Below are positions 47,556 to 57,813 of a stretch of DNA of 64,000 nt, piece after piece (positions within the stretch are counted from its first letter, which is position 1; each line of letters opens with the position of its first letter). The translations under genes and the position numbers were made by a program. The stretch is taken from IMG/VR virus record IMGVR_UViG_3300029488_000242; one strand, written 5' to 3'. The notes under the pieces were generated by a model. The model saw only the letters and a program-made list of their open reading frames with translations. It ran no database searches and was not told where the DNA came from. This DNA comes from a virus (taxonomy: Duplodnaviria; Heunggongvirae; Uroviricota; Caudoviricetes).

Positions 47556-48239
47556 ATGAGCAAGATATACGATTATGAAGAATATCAAAATCAACGAGTA
47601 AAAGTTACATATACTGATAAAAGAAAATACAGAGAAGAAAACATTGTTGGTCTATATGGACAAGTTATTAAGACTACAAGTGGATCAATAGCGGTTCAGA
47701 TTGATGGAATGTATAATGCAGCAAGCTCCAATGGATTATATTGGTTTAAAAGAAGTGAATTGGATATTATTAGAGATGAAAGTGAGGATAATAAAATGAC
47801 AGGATTTAATAAAGTGGCGATTGTAAATTTGGTAGATGATTACAATAAGAAGGATTATGGATTTGCTTTATATGATGAAGATATGAATGAAATTGTTAAG
47901 TACGATACAAACCATCCGTTATATGTGATTGTAAATGCAAGAGGAAAAGATAATAGAGTCCTTGGAATTTTAAAAGAAGTAAAGTCAGTAGAAGCATATG
48001 GCAAGTGCGTAACGGCACAGATCGTTGGAGTTGTTAATATGAATGCGTATAATGCAAGAATTGATAAGGAAAATTATCAGAAAGAAATCGCAAAGCAGAA
48101 AGCTTCTATTGAGAAGGAGTTAAAGTCTGAGATTGAAAAGATGAATAATATTGCTTTATATGAAAAGATGGCAAAGGAGCATCCTGAAAATCCAAGACTC
48201 ACTGAACTTGTTAATGCACTAAAAGAGTTAGGAGAATAA
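47556..48239 (+). CDS. hypothetical protein
   Basis: ORF track frame; RBS aggagg spacing 7. Confidence 0.5.
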   Translation: MSKIYDYEEYQNQRVKVTYTDKRKYREENIVGLYGQVIKTTSGSIAVQIDGMYNAASSNGLYWFKRSELDIIRDESEDNKMTGFNKVAIVNLVDDYNKKDYGFALYDEDMNEIVKYDTNHPLYVIVNARGKDNRVLGILKEVKSVEAYGKCVTAQIVGVVNMNAYNARIDKENYQKEIAKQKASIEKELKSEIEKMNNIALYEKMAKEHPENPRLTELVNALKELGE

Positions 48240-48240
48240 T

Positions 48241-48501
48241 ATGGCAGGATTTATATCAAAACAGCCAAATGGATTATATTGTAGATTTTCGAGTGTCACG
48301 GATTGTCCTACGGCATGGAACATGACACGAGAAGATTATATCAATATGAAAATGCAGGAAGCAAAAGAAGATGCTGAAGATGTGTTGGATAATTATTTGA
48401 AGCCGTTTGATATGGTGGTAGATATGTATTATCCAAACAATATGACAAAAGAGGAATTTGATGAATTTCTTGAAGAGACTGGATATAACAAAGGAGAATA
48501 A
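48241..48501 (+). CDS. hypothetical acidic protein
   Basis: ORF track. Confidence 0.45.
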   Translation: MAGFISKQPNGLYCRFSSVTDCPTAWNMTREDYINMKMQEAKEDAEDVLDNYLKPFDMVVDMYYPNNMTKEEFDEFLEETGYNKGE

Positions 48502-48661
48502 TCTATATGAAGAACTGTGTAATTTTAGAAATGGAAAATAGTAATGATTTTGAGAATGCTATGAATGATTATTTGGATGATGGATATAAAGTAGAATCCA
48601 GCTCATGTAATAGTAGATACTATAAAGCAATTCTTGTGTTAAAGGAGGATGAATAAAACAT

Positions 48662-49021
48662 ATGAAGAAGAAAATTTTATATAGTTTGGCTTTGCTATTA
48701 GCATTTATGTTTATATTAACTGGCTGTGCAAAATGCATTAGTACCGAAACATCTACAGTTCAAGTAAAAATAATAGATGAATATCACAGGGCTGCTTATA
48801 CAACAATGTATTATAGTCCTGCGACTAAAACAATGATGCCACAATCGCATCCAGCAGTTTATAGAATCACTGTTGAATATAACGGTGTAGAATATAATAT
48901 TTCTGGTAGTAATACATATAACAAATATTCAGACAAAATTGGAGAATATGTTGATGGAATATTAGAAACCAAGAAATATGACGATGGTACTGTTAGGTAC
49001 AATATTGTTGACTTACCATAG
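48662..49021 (+). CDS. putative lipoprotein (signal peptide + lipobox LTGC)
   Basis: MKKKILYSLALLLAFMFILTGCAKC. Confidence 0.55.
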   Translation: MKKKILYSLALLLAFMFILTGCAKCISTETSTVQVKIIDEYHRAAYTTMYYSPATKTMMPQSHPAVYRITVEYNGVEYNISGSNTYNKYSDKIGEYVDGILETKKYDDGTVRYNIVDLP

Positions 49022-49353
49022 TAAATAAATGATATTACAAAAGACATAGTAAACCGAAGTTTCTTTGGAGTTAGGAGGTAGAAATAGCAAATTTAAATTT
49101 AGAAGATTTTAGTGAAGAATACAGAAAAACAGCACCAATGGAATGTTCTTTGTATTTAGTTTCTTGTTTAGATAAAGATACACAAACGCAGTTAAAGAAA
49201 GATTGGAATGAAGCTGGTGGTGTTAAAGTAATTCCATATTGGAAATGGTGTATGGAACATATTGATGTAATCTATCACAAATAAGAGAATAATACATTGA
49301 AAGGAGCGAGAGATTTGCTGCAGCATTAAATCTGGATTTGCTCTGAGTAAGAA

Positions 49354-50229
49354 ATGTTAGAGATTAACAAAATATACAATGAAGATTGCCTTGAAGGTAT
49401 GAAAAAGATTGATGATAAATCGGTCGATTTCATCTTCACAGATCCACCTTATAATACGACTAATAATTCTTGGGAATGTGAAATGCCGTTAAATGATTAT
49501 GTCGAGTTATCAGGACAATATTTCTATGAAACAGATCTATTTAATTTGGCTCAAGTAACAAATAGTAGTCTTGAGTATACAAGAGATTGGTTTTATGAGA
49601 ACAAAAAAGATGGTTTATGGACTCATTACAATCGAATTATCAAAGATAATGGTTGCATTGCATTATGGGCGCAATCACCATTTGATAAGAGGCTCGCTTG
49701 TAGTAATGAAAAGCTATATCGCTATGAATGGATTATCGAAAAGACCAAAGCAACTGGTCATCTAAATGCAAAGAAAATGCCTATGAAGGCACACGAAAAT
49801 GTCTTGATTTTCTATAAGAAACTCCCTACATATAATCCACAAATGACAGAAGGACATACGCCTGTTCATTCTTATACAAAGCATACGACAGATGGTAACT
49901 GTTATGGTGCTACAAAGACTGGTATTTCAGGTGGTGGCAGTACACAAAGATATCCAAGAGATGTTCTGCAGTTCAAGTGGGATACTCAGAAAAGTAGCTT
50001 ACATCAGTGCCAAAAGCCTGTTGAAGCGTGTGAGTATTTTATTAAGACATATACCAATCAAGGAGATTTAGTTCTTGATTCATGTGCAGGAAGTTGTACA
50101 ACTGCAATTGCAGCTTTAAATACAGGTAGAAATTACATATGTTTTGAGAAAGATAAGGATATTTTTGAGGTTGGAAGTAAGAGAGTAGCTGAATATGCTA
50201 ATCAAGATTTGTTGATGAGTGCTACATAA
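49354..50229 (+). CDS. beta-class DNA amino-methyltransferase (N6-adenine or N4-cytosine)
   Basis: DPPY (motif IV) near N-terminus, motif I DSCAGSCTT near C-terminus. Confidence 0.75.
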   Translation: MLEINKIYNEDCLEGMKKIDDKSVDFIFTDPPYNTTNNSWECEMPLNDYVELSGQYFYETDLFNLAQVTNSSLEYTRDWFYENKKDGLWTHYNRIIKDNGCIALWAQSPFDKRLACSNEKLYRYEWIIEKTKATGHLNAKKMPMKAHENVLIFYKKLPTYNPQMTEGHTPVHSYTKHTTDGNCYGATKTGISGGGSTQRYPRDVLQFKWDTQKSSLHQCQKPVEACEYFIKTYTNQGDLVLDSCAGSCTTAIAALNTGRNYICFEKDKDIFEVGSKRVAEYANQDLLMSAT

Positions 50230-50272
50230 GAAGCAATAAAGAAATCTTTCATGTGAAGATTGGAGGTAAACA

Positions 50273-50488
50273 ATGGGTAAAATTAGTAAACAGACATTTA
50301 TTGTAGAAGTTGCAACTGATAAAGATTCTTTTGAAGATTGGTTAGCAGAGAAGTGTTCAGAAATTTATAATATGGCAATTGATGATTTTATGGAAGCTAT
50401 TGACGAAGAGGATAGAGACGAATGCTTAGTTGATGATATGAAAAGAATCGAAGAATTAGCAGAAAAGGTTAAAGGAAGTAGAGAATAA
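50273..50488 (+). CDS. hypothetical acidic protein
   Basis: ORF track; RBS ggaggt. Confidence 0.4.
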   Translation: MGKISKQTFIVEVATDKDSFEDWLAEKCSEIYNMAIDDFMEAIDEEDRDECLVDDMKRIEELAEKVKGSRE

Positions 50489-50552
50489 TTAACTAAATAA
50501 TACGAAAGGAGTGAGTGGCAGCCTTAAAGATATATCGCTCTGAGTAGATTAA

Positions 50553-51284
50553 ATGGTATATCAAGGAAGTAAAAACAGGTTGGCAAAATTTTTAGTGCCG
50601 ATTATTCAGAAGTATATTGATGATAATAATATTAAAACTTACATAGAGCCTATGTGTGGTGGAGCTAATCTTATTGATAAGATTAAATGTGATAATAGAA
50701 TTGGAGCAGATATTAACGAAGAGTTGATTGCTTTGTTGAAATATGCTCAGATAGACAACGGTTTATCTATTGCACCTGAAGTATGTACATTTGAACATTA
50801 TGCAGAGGTTAGAGAGGACAGAAAACTTGGAACTCATAAGTATTCGCCAGAATATATTGCATTGATTGGATATATGGCAAGCTATGGTGGCAGATACTTT
50901 GATGGTGGTTATGGTAGAGATTCAAAGGGTGGCAGGAGTATTTATAATGAGAGATTAAATAATTTCAAGGAACAAGCACCGAATTTGAATGATATTGAAT
51001 TTATGTGCTGTGATTATAAGAATTTCTCAGATTATAAAAACTGTGTATTTTATTTTGATCCACCTTACAAAGATACAAAACAGTATTCTAAACAGTCAAT
51101 TGACTACGATTCTTTTTACGATTTTCTTCGTAAACTTTCAGAGAACAATATAGTGTTGGTAAGTGAATATAATATGCCTAATGATTTTAAGTGTATTTGG
51201 CAGAAAGAGCGTAAAGTGTTGCAGAAGTCAGATAGAGTAACAGGCGAAAAAGCAGTAGAAAAGTTGTTTGAAATAAGAGAATAA
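50553..51284 (+). CDS. Dam-like (D12 class) N6-adenine DNA methyltransferase
   Basis: YQGSKNRL, EPMCGGA (motif I), DPPY. Confidence 0.75.
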   Translation: MVYQGSKNRLAKFLVPIIQKYIDDNNIKTYIEPMCGGANLIDKIKCDNRIGADINEELIALLKYAQIDNGLSIAPEVCTFEHYAEVREDRKLGTHKYSPEYIALIGYMASYGGRYFDGGYGRDSKGGRSIYNERLNNFKEQAPNLNDIEFMCCDYKNFSDYKNCVFYFDPPYKDTKQYSKQSIDYDSFYDFLRKLSENNIVLVSEYNMPNDFKCIWQKERKVLQKSDRVTGEKAVEKLFEIRE

Positions 51285-51303
51285 ATATCTGGGAGGTGAC
51301 AAT

Positions 51304-51693
51304 TTGATAGAACCACAGTTTTGTGTTGTAGAGGAATTAATATCTATGGAATATATGGACAGAAGTGTTTTAATCCTATATCCATATGAACTTAGCAATG
51401 AACCAATATTAAAAGACAATATTCCAAAAATGACAAAAGTGATAAGAGAATATATAAAAGAGTCTGAAATGTATAGCAAGTGTGTAGATACAATTCCAAA
51501 TCTTATATGGGATTCTCAAAAAATATCTATGCAAAATGAAGCTGATGAACATCAAAGAAAAGCTGATGAACTTGCAAAAATAATGAATGAAGGTATCAGC
51601 CCTTATGCATGGTATGTCAAAGGTAGGTTTAATGGAGAGATAGGTGGGTTTCATTATAATGTAGATAATATAGTTTATTTGGATAGAAACTAA
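51304..51693 (+). CDS. hypothetical protein (TTG start)
   Basis: ORF track; RBS ggaggtg. Confidence 0.4.
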   Translation: MIEPQFCVVEELISMEYMDRSVLILYPYELSNEPILKDNIPKMTKVIREYIKESEMYSKCVDTIPNLIWDSQKISMQNEADEHQRKADELAKIMNEGISPYAWYVKGRFNGEIGGFHYNVDNIVYLDRN

Positions 51694-51812
51694 CAAGAAA
51701 TTTTGGTTTCTTGGCTTGTCACGAAACTAAGTAACAATGTAGATATAATTTTATAAGAAAGGAAAACGTTCACATGTGAGTAAAGCTGCGCAGCTACTAT
51801 TGGTGAACAAAT

Positions 51813-52649
51813 TTGAAAAATACATATATTAAATCGCCTCTAAATTATATCGGAGGCAAGTATAAGTTACTACCAATCATTGTACCAATGTTCCCAGATA
51901 AGATAAATACTTTTGTGGATTTATTTGGTGGAGGTTTTAATGTTGGTATTAATGTAAATGCTGAACATATTATCTATAATGATATATGCAAGCAGGTAGT
52001 TGGTTTTCTAAGATATTTACAAGGTTCAAATATTGAAGAAGTGTTACAGAAGATTGATTCATATATTGATAAGTATGAATTAACAAAAGAAAATAAAGAA
52101 GGATATTTACTGTTTAGAGAAGAATATAACACAGGTATCAAAGATCCAATTAAATTCTATACGCTTTTATGTTATGCGTTCAATAATCAAATCAGATTCA
52201 ATTCCAAAGGTGAATATAACATGCCTTTTGGCAAAGATAGATCAAGTTTTAACCCCACTCTTAGACAAAAATTTATAGATTTTCATAAGCGACTGAATGA
52301 AATAGATTGTAGTTTCTTAAATATTCCATTTGAGAGATTTGATTTTTCTGATTTTATGGAAGGTGATTTTGTTTATGCAGATCCACCATATTTTAATTCT
52401 GTTGCTACATACAATGAAAACGGTGGTTGGACAGAAGAAATGGAGAATAAATTATTAGAGACTCTTGATACTTTAAATGATAAAGGCGTTAAGTTTGCAT
52501 TGAGTAATAATCTCAAATATGACAATCCATTACTTGATAAATGGAAAGATAAATACATAGTTCATTATTTAAAGCATGATTATAGCAACTGCAATTATCA
52601 GAAAAAGGACAGGAGTGCCGATTGTGAGGTATTAATTACAAATTATTAA
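51813..52649 (+). CDS. dam: T4-Dam-like N6-adenine DNA methyltransferase (TTG start)
   Basis: NYIGGKYKLL, FVDLFGGGFNVG, DFVYADPPY; layout and several blocks align with phage T4 Dam. Confidence 0.8.
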   Translation: MKNTYIKSPLNYIGGKYKLLPIIVPMFPDKINTFVDLFGGGFNVGINVNAEHIIYNDICKQVVGFLRYLQGSNIEEVLQKIDSYIDKYELTKENKEGYLLFREEYNTGIKDPIKFYTLLCYAFNNQIRFNSKGEYNMPFGKDRSSFNPTLRQKFIDFHKRLNEIDCSFLNIPFERFDFSDFMEGDFVYADPPYFNSVATYNENGGWTEEMENKLLETLDTLNDKGVKFALSNNLKYDNPLLDKWKDKYIVHYLKHDYSNCNYQKKDRSADCEVLITNY

Positions 52650-52742
52650 AATCTCAATCTCTGAAATGCCTTAAAATCAAGGCTTCAGAGGTTGGAAAAA
52701 CACAGTAAAACCACGTTTCATTGGTTAGAAAGGAGAATTTGA

Positions 52743-53147
52743 ATGGGATGCGAAGTAATAGAATATGATCCGTTAAATTTACAAGAAGAATATCAATATA
52801 TGGCAAAAGATATGAATGGAAAATATATCATTGGGTGGGTTGCAATCGAAAAACCTTGGTACTCACCTGAATCAGCATGGACATATTATATTATTAAAAA
52901 TAATTATGGTAGTAATGGATTTTATGGTGGCTGTACTGATTTAGGATTTGAAAAAATCATTGTGGATAGCAGTACGATAGAACCATATAACCAGATTGGG
53001 AAAATTAAATACAATCAGTCTATAAAAATTGACACAAAAATTGTCAAAGAGATGAATTTTTTAGACGAGGCAAAAGAAGAATTGGTCATCTATATTGGGG
53101 TAGATGATGAAATTCCATATAAGTTGTGGAAAAATCGAATCCAATAA
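52743..53147 (+). CDS. hypothetical protein
   Basis: ORF track; RBS aaaggaga. Confidence 0.45.
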   Translation: MGCEVIEYDPLNLQEEYQYMAKDMNGKYIIGWVAIEKPWYSPESAWTYYIIKNNYGSNGFYGGCTDLGFEKIIVDSSTIEPYNQIGKIKYNQSIKIDTKIVKEMNFLDEAKEELVIYIGVDDEIPYKLWKNRIQ

Positions 53148-53243
53148 AGAAGCATTTCCTGTTAATTTTGTCTAAGAGCATTTCTACACACGGTTTTCCA
53201 AAATAAAAAAGAGAGAATAACTAAATATAAGGAGGTATAGAAC

Positions 53244-53501
53244 TTGCATATAAGAATTGTTGGTTTTAGCGACAGATATGATGATTATAAACTTCTTGGA
53301 TATACAGAAGTAGAGAATATATCAGAAGTTTTTAAGACGCTAGATTATATGAGAAAGAACGAAATTCCATTAATAATCAATACTAATGATGTCATTGATA
53401 CAGACGGAGAAGAATATTACATAGATAGTATTACAATGGTATTCCCAAAAGTGAGTGGTGAGATTGGAAGTTGTATTACTGTTTATGTGGAAGATGTTTA
53501 G
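53244..53501 (+). CDS. hypothetical protein (TTG start)
   Basis: ORF track; RBS aaggaggt. Confidence 0.4.
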   Translation: MHIRIVGFSDRYDDYKLLGYTEVENISEVFKTLDYMRKNEIPLIINTNDVIDTDGEEYYIDSITMVFPKVSGEIGSCITVYVEDV

Positions 53502-53513
53502 AAGGATAAAGAT

Positions 53514-53996
53514 ATGAAAATAGAATTGATTAGATTAAAATTTAATGGCACTCATTCGTACAAGTATAATCCATTTAAGCATTGCTGTGATGAAATTCAG
53601 AAGGATAAAACTATTGTATTTACAGGTGAAGATATAAATGATATTGGTGGAGAATATGAAGATGATGGCATCTATATTCCACAATTTTGTACTTCCTATA
53701 CACAAACAGTTGGTTCTTGGGAGGACGAATGGGAGCAGACAGACAATTTTCCAATTAAATTCTGCCCTCATTGCGGTGAAAAGATTGAGATTTCAGTTGT
53801 AGATAAGATTGATGTATCTGATAAATATGAAGAATTAACTAAGCAGCGTGATGAATTATGGGAGAGGTGTCAGAGAACAGATAGTAAGAAGAAAGAATCT
53901 GAACTAAGAGAGCAGGTTGGAAAGCTTGATAAGCAGATTGACAGTTTCTATTGGTTGGATGAGTGGAAAGGAGAATATTATTATGGCAGTATTTAA
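53514..53996 (+). CDS. hypothetical protein with zinc ribbon
   Basis: ORF track; CPHCGEKI. Confidence 0.45.
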   Translation: MKIELIRLKFNGTHSYKYNPFKHCCDEIQKDKTIVFTGEDINDIGGEYEDDGIYIPQFCTSYTQTVGSWEDEWEQTDNFPIKFCPHCGEKIEISVVDKIDVSDKYEELTKQRDELWERCQRTDSKKKESELREQVGKLDKQIDSFYWLDEWKGEYYYGSI

Positions 53997-54258
53997 AAAT
54001 TTTAAAGATGATGAATTGATTGTAAGTTGTAAGTGTGGATGTGACGAAGGTATTCATTTTAAAATTCATGATTATGGAGATGGCGACTATGCTTTCTTAT
54101 CATATACAAATGGTAACTTTTACACTCAGCAAAGACCATTCTTTGAAAAATTGAAGAAGATTTGGGCGATTATTATTAATAAGGATTTTTATTATTCTGA
54201 TATTGTGCTTACAAAGGAAGATTTTAAAGAGTTTAAGGAATGGATTAATAGAAAGTAA
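53983..54258 (+). CDS. hypothetical protein
   Basis: ORF track frame 53917..54258; ATG overlapping previous 3' end. Confidence 0.4.
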   Translation: MAVFKNFKDDELIVSCKCGCDEGIHFKIHDYGDGDYAFLSYTNGNFYTQQRPFFEKLKKIWAIIINKDFYYSDIVLTKEDFKEFKEWINRK

Positions 54259-54269
54259 AGGAGATTGCT

Positions 54270-54470
54270 ATGAATAGAAATTTGGATGGATATTATTTTA
54301 GAGTTAAAAGAGATGGAAAATGGGACAATGTTTGTTGGTCTGATATGACAGATGAAGAAAGAGACGAGCAAATGACTAATCGTAGTGAAGAATGGTTAAA
54401 GTCGCTATGTAAGGGACTTGGTAATGTTATTCATAAGATTGGTGAAGATTTAGATATTGCGTGTGAATAA
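54270..54470 (+). CDS. hypothetical protein
   Basis: ORF track; RBS aaggagattg. Confidence 0.4.
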   Translation: MNRNLDGYYFRVKRDGKWDNVCWSDMTDEERDEQMTNRSEEWLKSLCKGLGNVIHKIGEDLDIACE

Positions 54471-54531
54471 AAGTAAATTCAGGATTTTTTTGAATGAAAA
54501 GAGAGAATATTAAAGCAAGGAGGTAAGAAAA

Positions 54532-55182
54532 ATGTCGTATTGGACATATATTCAGGGTACAATAACAGTTCGTCCTATGGGTAGAACACAGCCTGAGAAG
54601 AGATATATTCTTGAAACAGTGTTAAACCATTTGCCTAGAGTGACAGGTTCTGAAGGGGACATGAATACATATATCATTCAGAAAAATGGTCATAACAGTT
54701 CGTGTTCATGTGATGAATTTGGTGAAGTGACAAATAATTTAACTGATTGGTACGGTAATAAAAGTCATACTAGAGGAGCATTGAGAACGCAAGACGAATA
54801 TATCCTTGTTGTAAATGCAGCTTTAAGAGACAGAGAATTTGAACAGACTTACAGAGAATTTATGAAATGGTTTGTACGACTTTGCAAGAGAGTAGGCTGT
54901 GAAGATGTTCTTGTAGAAATCAAAGGATATAATAAGTCAACTGTTATCAAAGATAGAAATATTCAGAGAAAAAAGTATTCGTTTAAGAGTGTTTTCGATG
55001 GCTTATTTGAAAATCCAAGCTGGTGCAACGACAGTAAAGATGGATACAAAGAGCCGAACTGGTGTGAATTTATGATGTGGGACAGAGCAAAAGATTCTAA
55101 CTATCCTATGACTCTTGCTTACAAATATTTCAACGATGAAGAAAATGACAAGGAAGTTGAGAGAAGAATGAGTTATAGATAA
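54532..55182 (+). CDS. hypothetical protein
   Basis: ORF track; RBS aaggaggtaag. Confidence 0.5.
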   Translation: MSYWTYIQGTITVRPMGRTQPEKRYILETVLNHLPRVTGSEGDMNTYIIQKNGHNSSCSCDEFGEVTNNLTDWYGNKSHTRGALRTQDEYILVVNAALRDREFEQTYREFMKWFVRLCKRVGCEDVLVEIKGYNKSTVIKDRNIQRKKYSFKSVFDGLFENPSWCNDSKDGYKEPNWCEFMMWDRAKDSNYPMTLAYKYFNDEENDKEVERRMSYR

Positions 55183-55229
55183 TTTCAAAAGAAAGCAACA
55201 TATCATTGGATTTAGAAAAGAGGTATCAA

Positions 55230-55526
55230 ATGGATGATTATAAAAAGCTAATTGATTCAACCGAATTACAGAAAACAGTATTGAATTTCATTGGTTCTGA
55301 AGAATTTAATAAGATGGTCAATTGTTCAATATTCAAGGATAATCAAGAGTGCAAATCTGCTATTATTTACGGAATGTCGATCGCATCAATGTTGGTCTGT
55401 GATTGTACCCCATTTTATATTAAATTTAATGAAGAAACTGATGAAAATAATAATAGACCACAATGTTGCATAGACCATGACAAATATTTTTCAACATGTG
55501 ACACTTGTGAGTTTGGAGGTGATTAA
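55230..55526 (+). CDS. hypothetical Cys-rich protein
   Basis: ORF track frame; RBS agaggt. Confidence 0.4.
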   Translation: MDDYKKLIDSTELQKTVLNFIGSEEFNKMVNCSIFKDNQECKSAIIYGMSIASMLVCDCTPFYIKFNEETDENNNRPQCCIDHDKYFSTCDTCEFGGD

Positions 55527-56003
55527 GTGTTAGTACCTGCAATTTTATATAAAGAACAGATTAAGAAAGAATTTCAGAAATATTACTATACAACAGATAT
55601 GATGTATGAAACAGGTTGTATGTGCAATTGGAGCCCTGAAATTGCAGAATGTCCAAACGAGAGTCAATTCCAATATGCAATAGTTGATAAGAACGAAAAA
55701 CTCGTTGGCTATTTAGGATATTCAGTAGATTGGTATGTGTCTAAAGCGTATAATTTTGGATTATTTTCATTCGACAGAGGAAATATCTTGGTTGGAAGAG
55801 ATGTATTCAATAAATTAGAAGAATTGATTAAAACATTACATAGAGTTGAATGGAGAGCTGTTGGTGGCAATCCTGCTTGTAGAGGTTACGATAGCTTTAT
55901 CGAGAGACATAATGGAACGAAACATGTTCTGAAAGATTCAATTAAGGATAAGAATGGTGAGTATCACGATGATTTTATTTATGAGATTGTATCATCGCAG
56001 TAA
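55527..56003 (+). CDS. hypothetical protein, possibly GNAT-like acetyltransferase fold (GTG start)
   Basis: ORF track; weak GNAT-like pattern ...LHRVEWRAVGGNPACRGYDSFIERHNG. Confidence 0.4.
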   Translation: MLVPAILYKEQIKKEFQKYYYTTDMMYETGCMCNWSPEIAECPNESQFQYAIVDKNEKLVGYLGYSVDWYVSKAYNFGLFSFDRGNILVGRDVFNKLEELIKTLHRVEWRAVGGNPACRGYDSFIERHNGTKHVLKDSIKDKNGEYHDDFIYEIVSSQ

Positions 56004-56141
56004 ACCAATCTTTCATTGGAAAATTTTTAATCATATCTAAGCCATTCGGCTACGGGAATCCCAGTAAATAAGAGAATAACTAAATGAAAGGAGTATGAGG
56101 TTTGGTATACCATAAAGAATTCTTTACTCTGAGTAAATTAA

Positions 56142-56873
56142 ATGAATTTTGACAAAATTGACGATAAAAAACATCTGATTTTTAACGAGAATGCAATGGA
56201 TGTTCTTAATTTAATGATTGAAAAAGGTAAGAAAGTCGATATGATTTTCACAGATCCACCATATAAAATTACTGCTCGTGGTAATGGCGGTAATTCAGGT
56301 GGAATGTTTCAGAAAAAAGAAGTAAATAATGGCAAAGTTTTCAAAACTAACGATTTAGAAATTGAAGATTGGTTGCCAAAATTCTATGAAGTTCTTAAAG
56401 ATAATTCCCATTGTTATATTATGACGAATAATAAAAATATTACACATTATCTTGATGTTATTGACAAATCTGATTTTCATTATATTAAGTGTCTTATTTG
56501 GGTTAAAGATAACAAAATTATGGGACAAACATATATGAGCCAGTTTGAATACATAATTATGCTAAGAAAAGGTGCTCATAAGAGAATAAATAATTGTGGA
56601 ACAAGTGATGTGTTACAGATTTCAAATAAAAAGATGAAAGATAGAAATGGCAAAACAGTTCATGATACTGAAAAGCCAGTAGAACTTACAGATATCTTAA
56701 TCGGAAACTCATCTAATGATGGTGATACAGTGTTTGATCCATTTATGGGAATTGGTGGTTGTGGTGTAAGTGCTGCAAAGTTAAACAGAAAATTCATTGG
56801 TTGTGAACTAGATGAAAAATATTATGATATCGCAAAAAATAGAATTACTGAACAATGCAACATATCGCAGTAA
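56142..56873 (+). CDS. beta-class DNA amino-methyltransferase (N6A/N4C)
   Basis: MIFTDPPYK early, HDTEKPVEL, motif I VFDPFMGIGGCG late. Confidence 0.75.
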   Translation: MNFDKIDDKKHLIFNENAMDVLNLMIEKGKKVDMIFTDPPYKITARGNGGNSGGMFQKKEVNNGKVFKTNDLEIEDWLPKFYEVLKDNSHCYIMTNNKNITHYLDVIDKSDFHYIKCLIWVKDNKIMGQTYMSQFEYIIMLRKGAHKRINNCGTSDVLQISNKKMKDRNGKTVHDTEKPVELTDILIGNSSNDGDTVFDPFMGIGGCGVSAAKLNRKFIGCELDEKYYDIAKNRITEQCNISQ

Positions 56874-56895
56874 ATTTTTCTTTCTTTTGGGCAGA

Positions 56896-57288
56896 TTGGA
56901 GGTGATTAATATTTTAGAGCTACATGGTAAATTTGAAAAAATAAGTGATGCTACAAAAGTCTTAATAGTTGGTAAACAGATAGATACCATAGGGAAAATG
57001 ATAAGTGTAATAGCAGAAGCTCGAACAAAAAATGAACTTGAACAAAAATATAAAGACTTAGGCATACAAGTACAAGAAGATCCGCTTGCAAAGCTTCTTG
57101 AAACAATTAATGAAATGCATTTTGGCGATAATTTTCCTATTGAATGTCTTGAACCTCCAAAACAAGAGATATCTACTCTTAAAAAGAGAATAAAGTATTG
57201 TAAGAATCCTATGGAGAAAAAGAAATTAGAGCAGGAATTAAATGCTTTATATAAAGAACAGAAGAGAAATAGGAGAATAATATCATGA
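56896..57288 (+). CDS. hypothetical protein (start uncertain; track ORF begins inside the MTase gene)
   Basis: ORF track frame 56812..57288. Confidence 0.35.
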   Translation: MEVINILELHGKFEKISDATKVLIVGKQIDTIGKMISVIAEARTKNELEQKYKDLGIQVQEDPLAKLLETINEMHFGDNFPIECLEPPKQEISTLKKRIKYCKNPMEKKKLEQELNALYKEQKRNRRIIS

Positions 57289-57479
57289 AAGGTAAATATA
57301 AAGGCTGTGACATAGAAGTAGGACTAGATAGCTTAGGTTTCTTAACCTTTGCAGTGTTCGATAATGGATACGAAGTAACAAGTGGATTTTCTGAAAGTAG
57401 TGATTCTGTAAGAGATTATTTTAGTTATATGAAAAGTGTAGTAGATGACTATAAAGAACATCCAGAAGATTACGAATAG
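57285..57479 (+). CDS. hypothetical protein
   Basis: ORF track, ATGA overlap. Confidence 0.4.
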   Translation: MKGKYKGCDIEVGLDSLGFLTFAVFDNGYEVTSGFSESSDSVRDYFSYMKSVVDDYKEHPEDYE

Positions 57480-57491
57480 GAGAATAATATT

Positions 57492-57809
57492 ATGAAGTTG
57501 ATTAACAAATATGCAAATACAAGATATTCAAAAATGAATGAATATTATTGTGAAATTACAACAGAGTTGGACAAGCTTGCAGGACTTGATCCTAATGGAC
57601 ATTGGAAACATTATGTGCTTTGTGATTATGAGGATAGTTGTTTGCCCATCAGAATTCCAGGTGGAACACTTGGAAGTATTGAGTATGATGAGAATAAGAT
57701 TATTACAAAAATTCATGTTTGCACTGATTATGTTGTGAAAACTTATCCTGATGATGTAAATGAACAGCTTCAGAAGTTCATTGGTCAGAAGATAGAAATG
57801 GGAGACTAA
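57492..57809 (+). CDS. hypothetical protein
   Basis: ORF track; RBS GGAGAATAATattATG. Confidence 0.45.
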   Translation: MKLINKYANTRYSKMNEYYCEITTELDKLAGLDPNGHWKHYVLCDYEDSCLPIRIPGGTLGSIEYDENKIITKIHVCTDYVVKTYPDDVNEQLQKFIGQKIEMGD

Positions 57810-57813
57810 CATT

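Noticed and set aside
49300-56142. Short leader peptides (uORFs) upstream of the methyltransferase genes
   Set aside because: Only the 50553 leader has a plausible GTG-started 10-codon uORF ending just before the ATG. The others terminate after 4-6 codons or do not stop, so a shared uORF mechanism is not supported.
56812-56895. N-terminal part of track ORF 56812..57288 overlapping the 3' end of the MTase gene
   Set aside because: Overlaps the MTase coding region by 60 nt in another frame. A GGAGG RBS at ~56897 suggests the real start is downstream.
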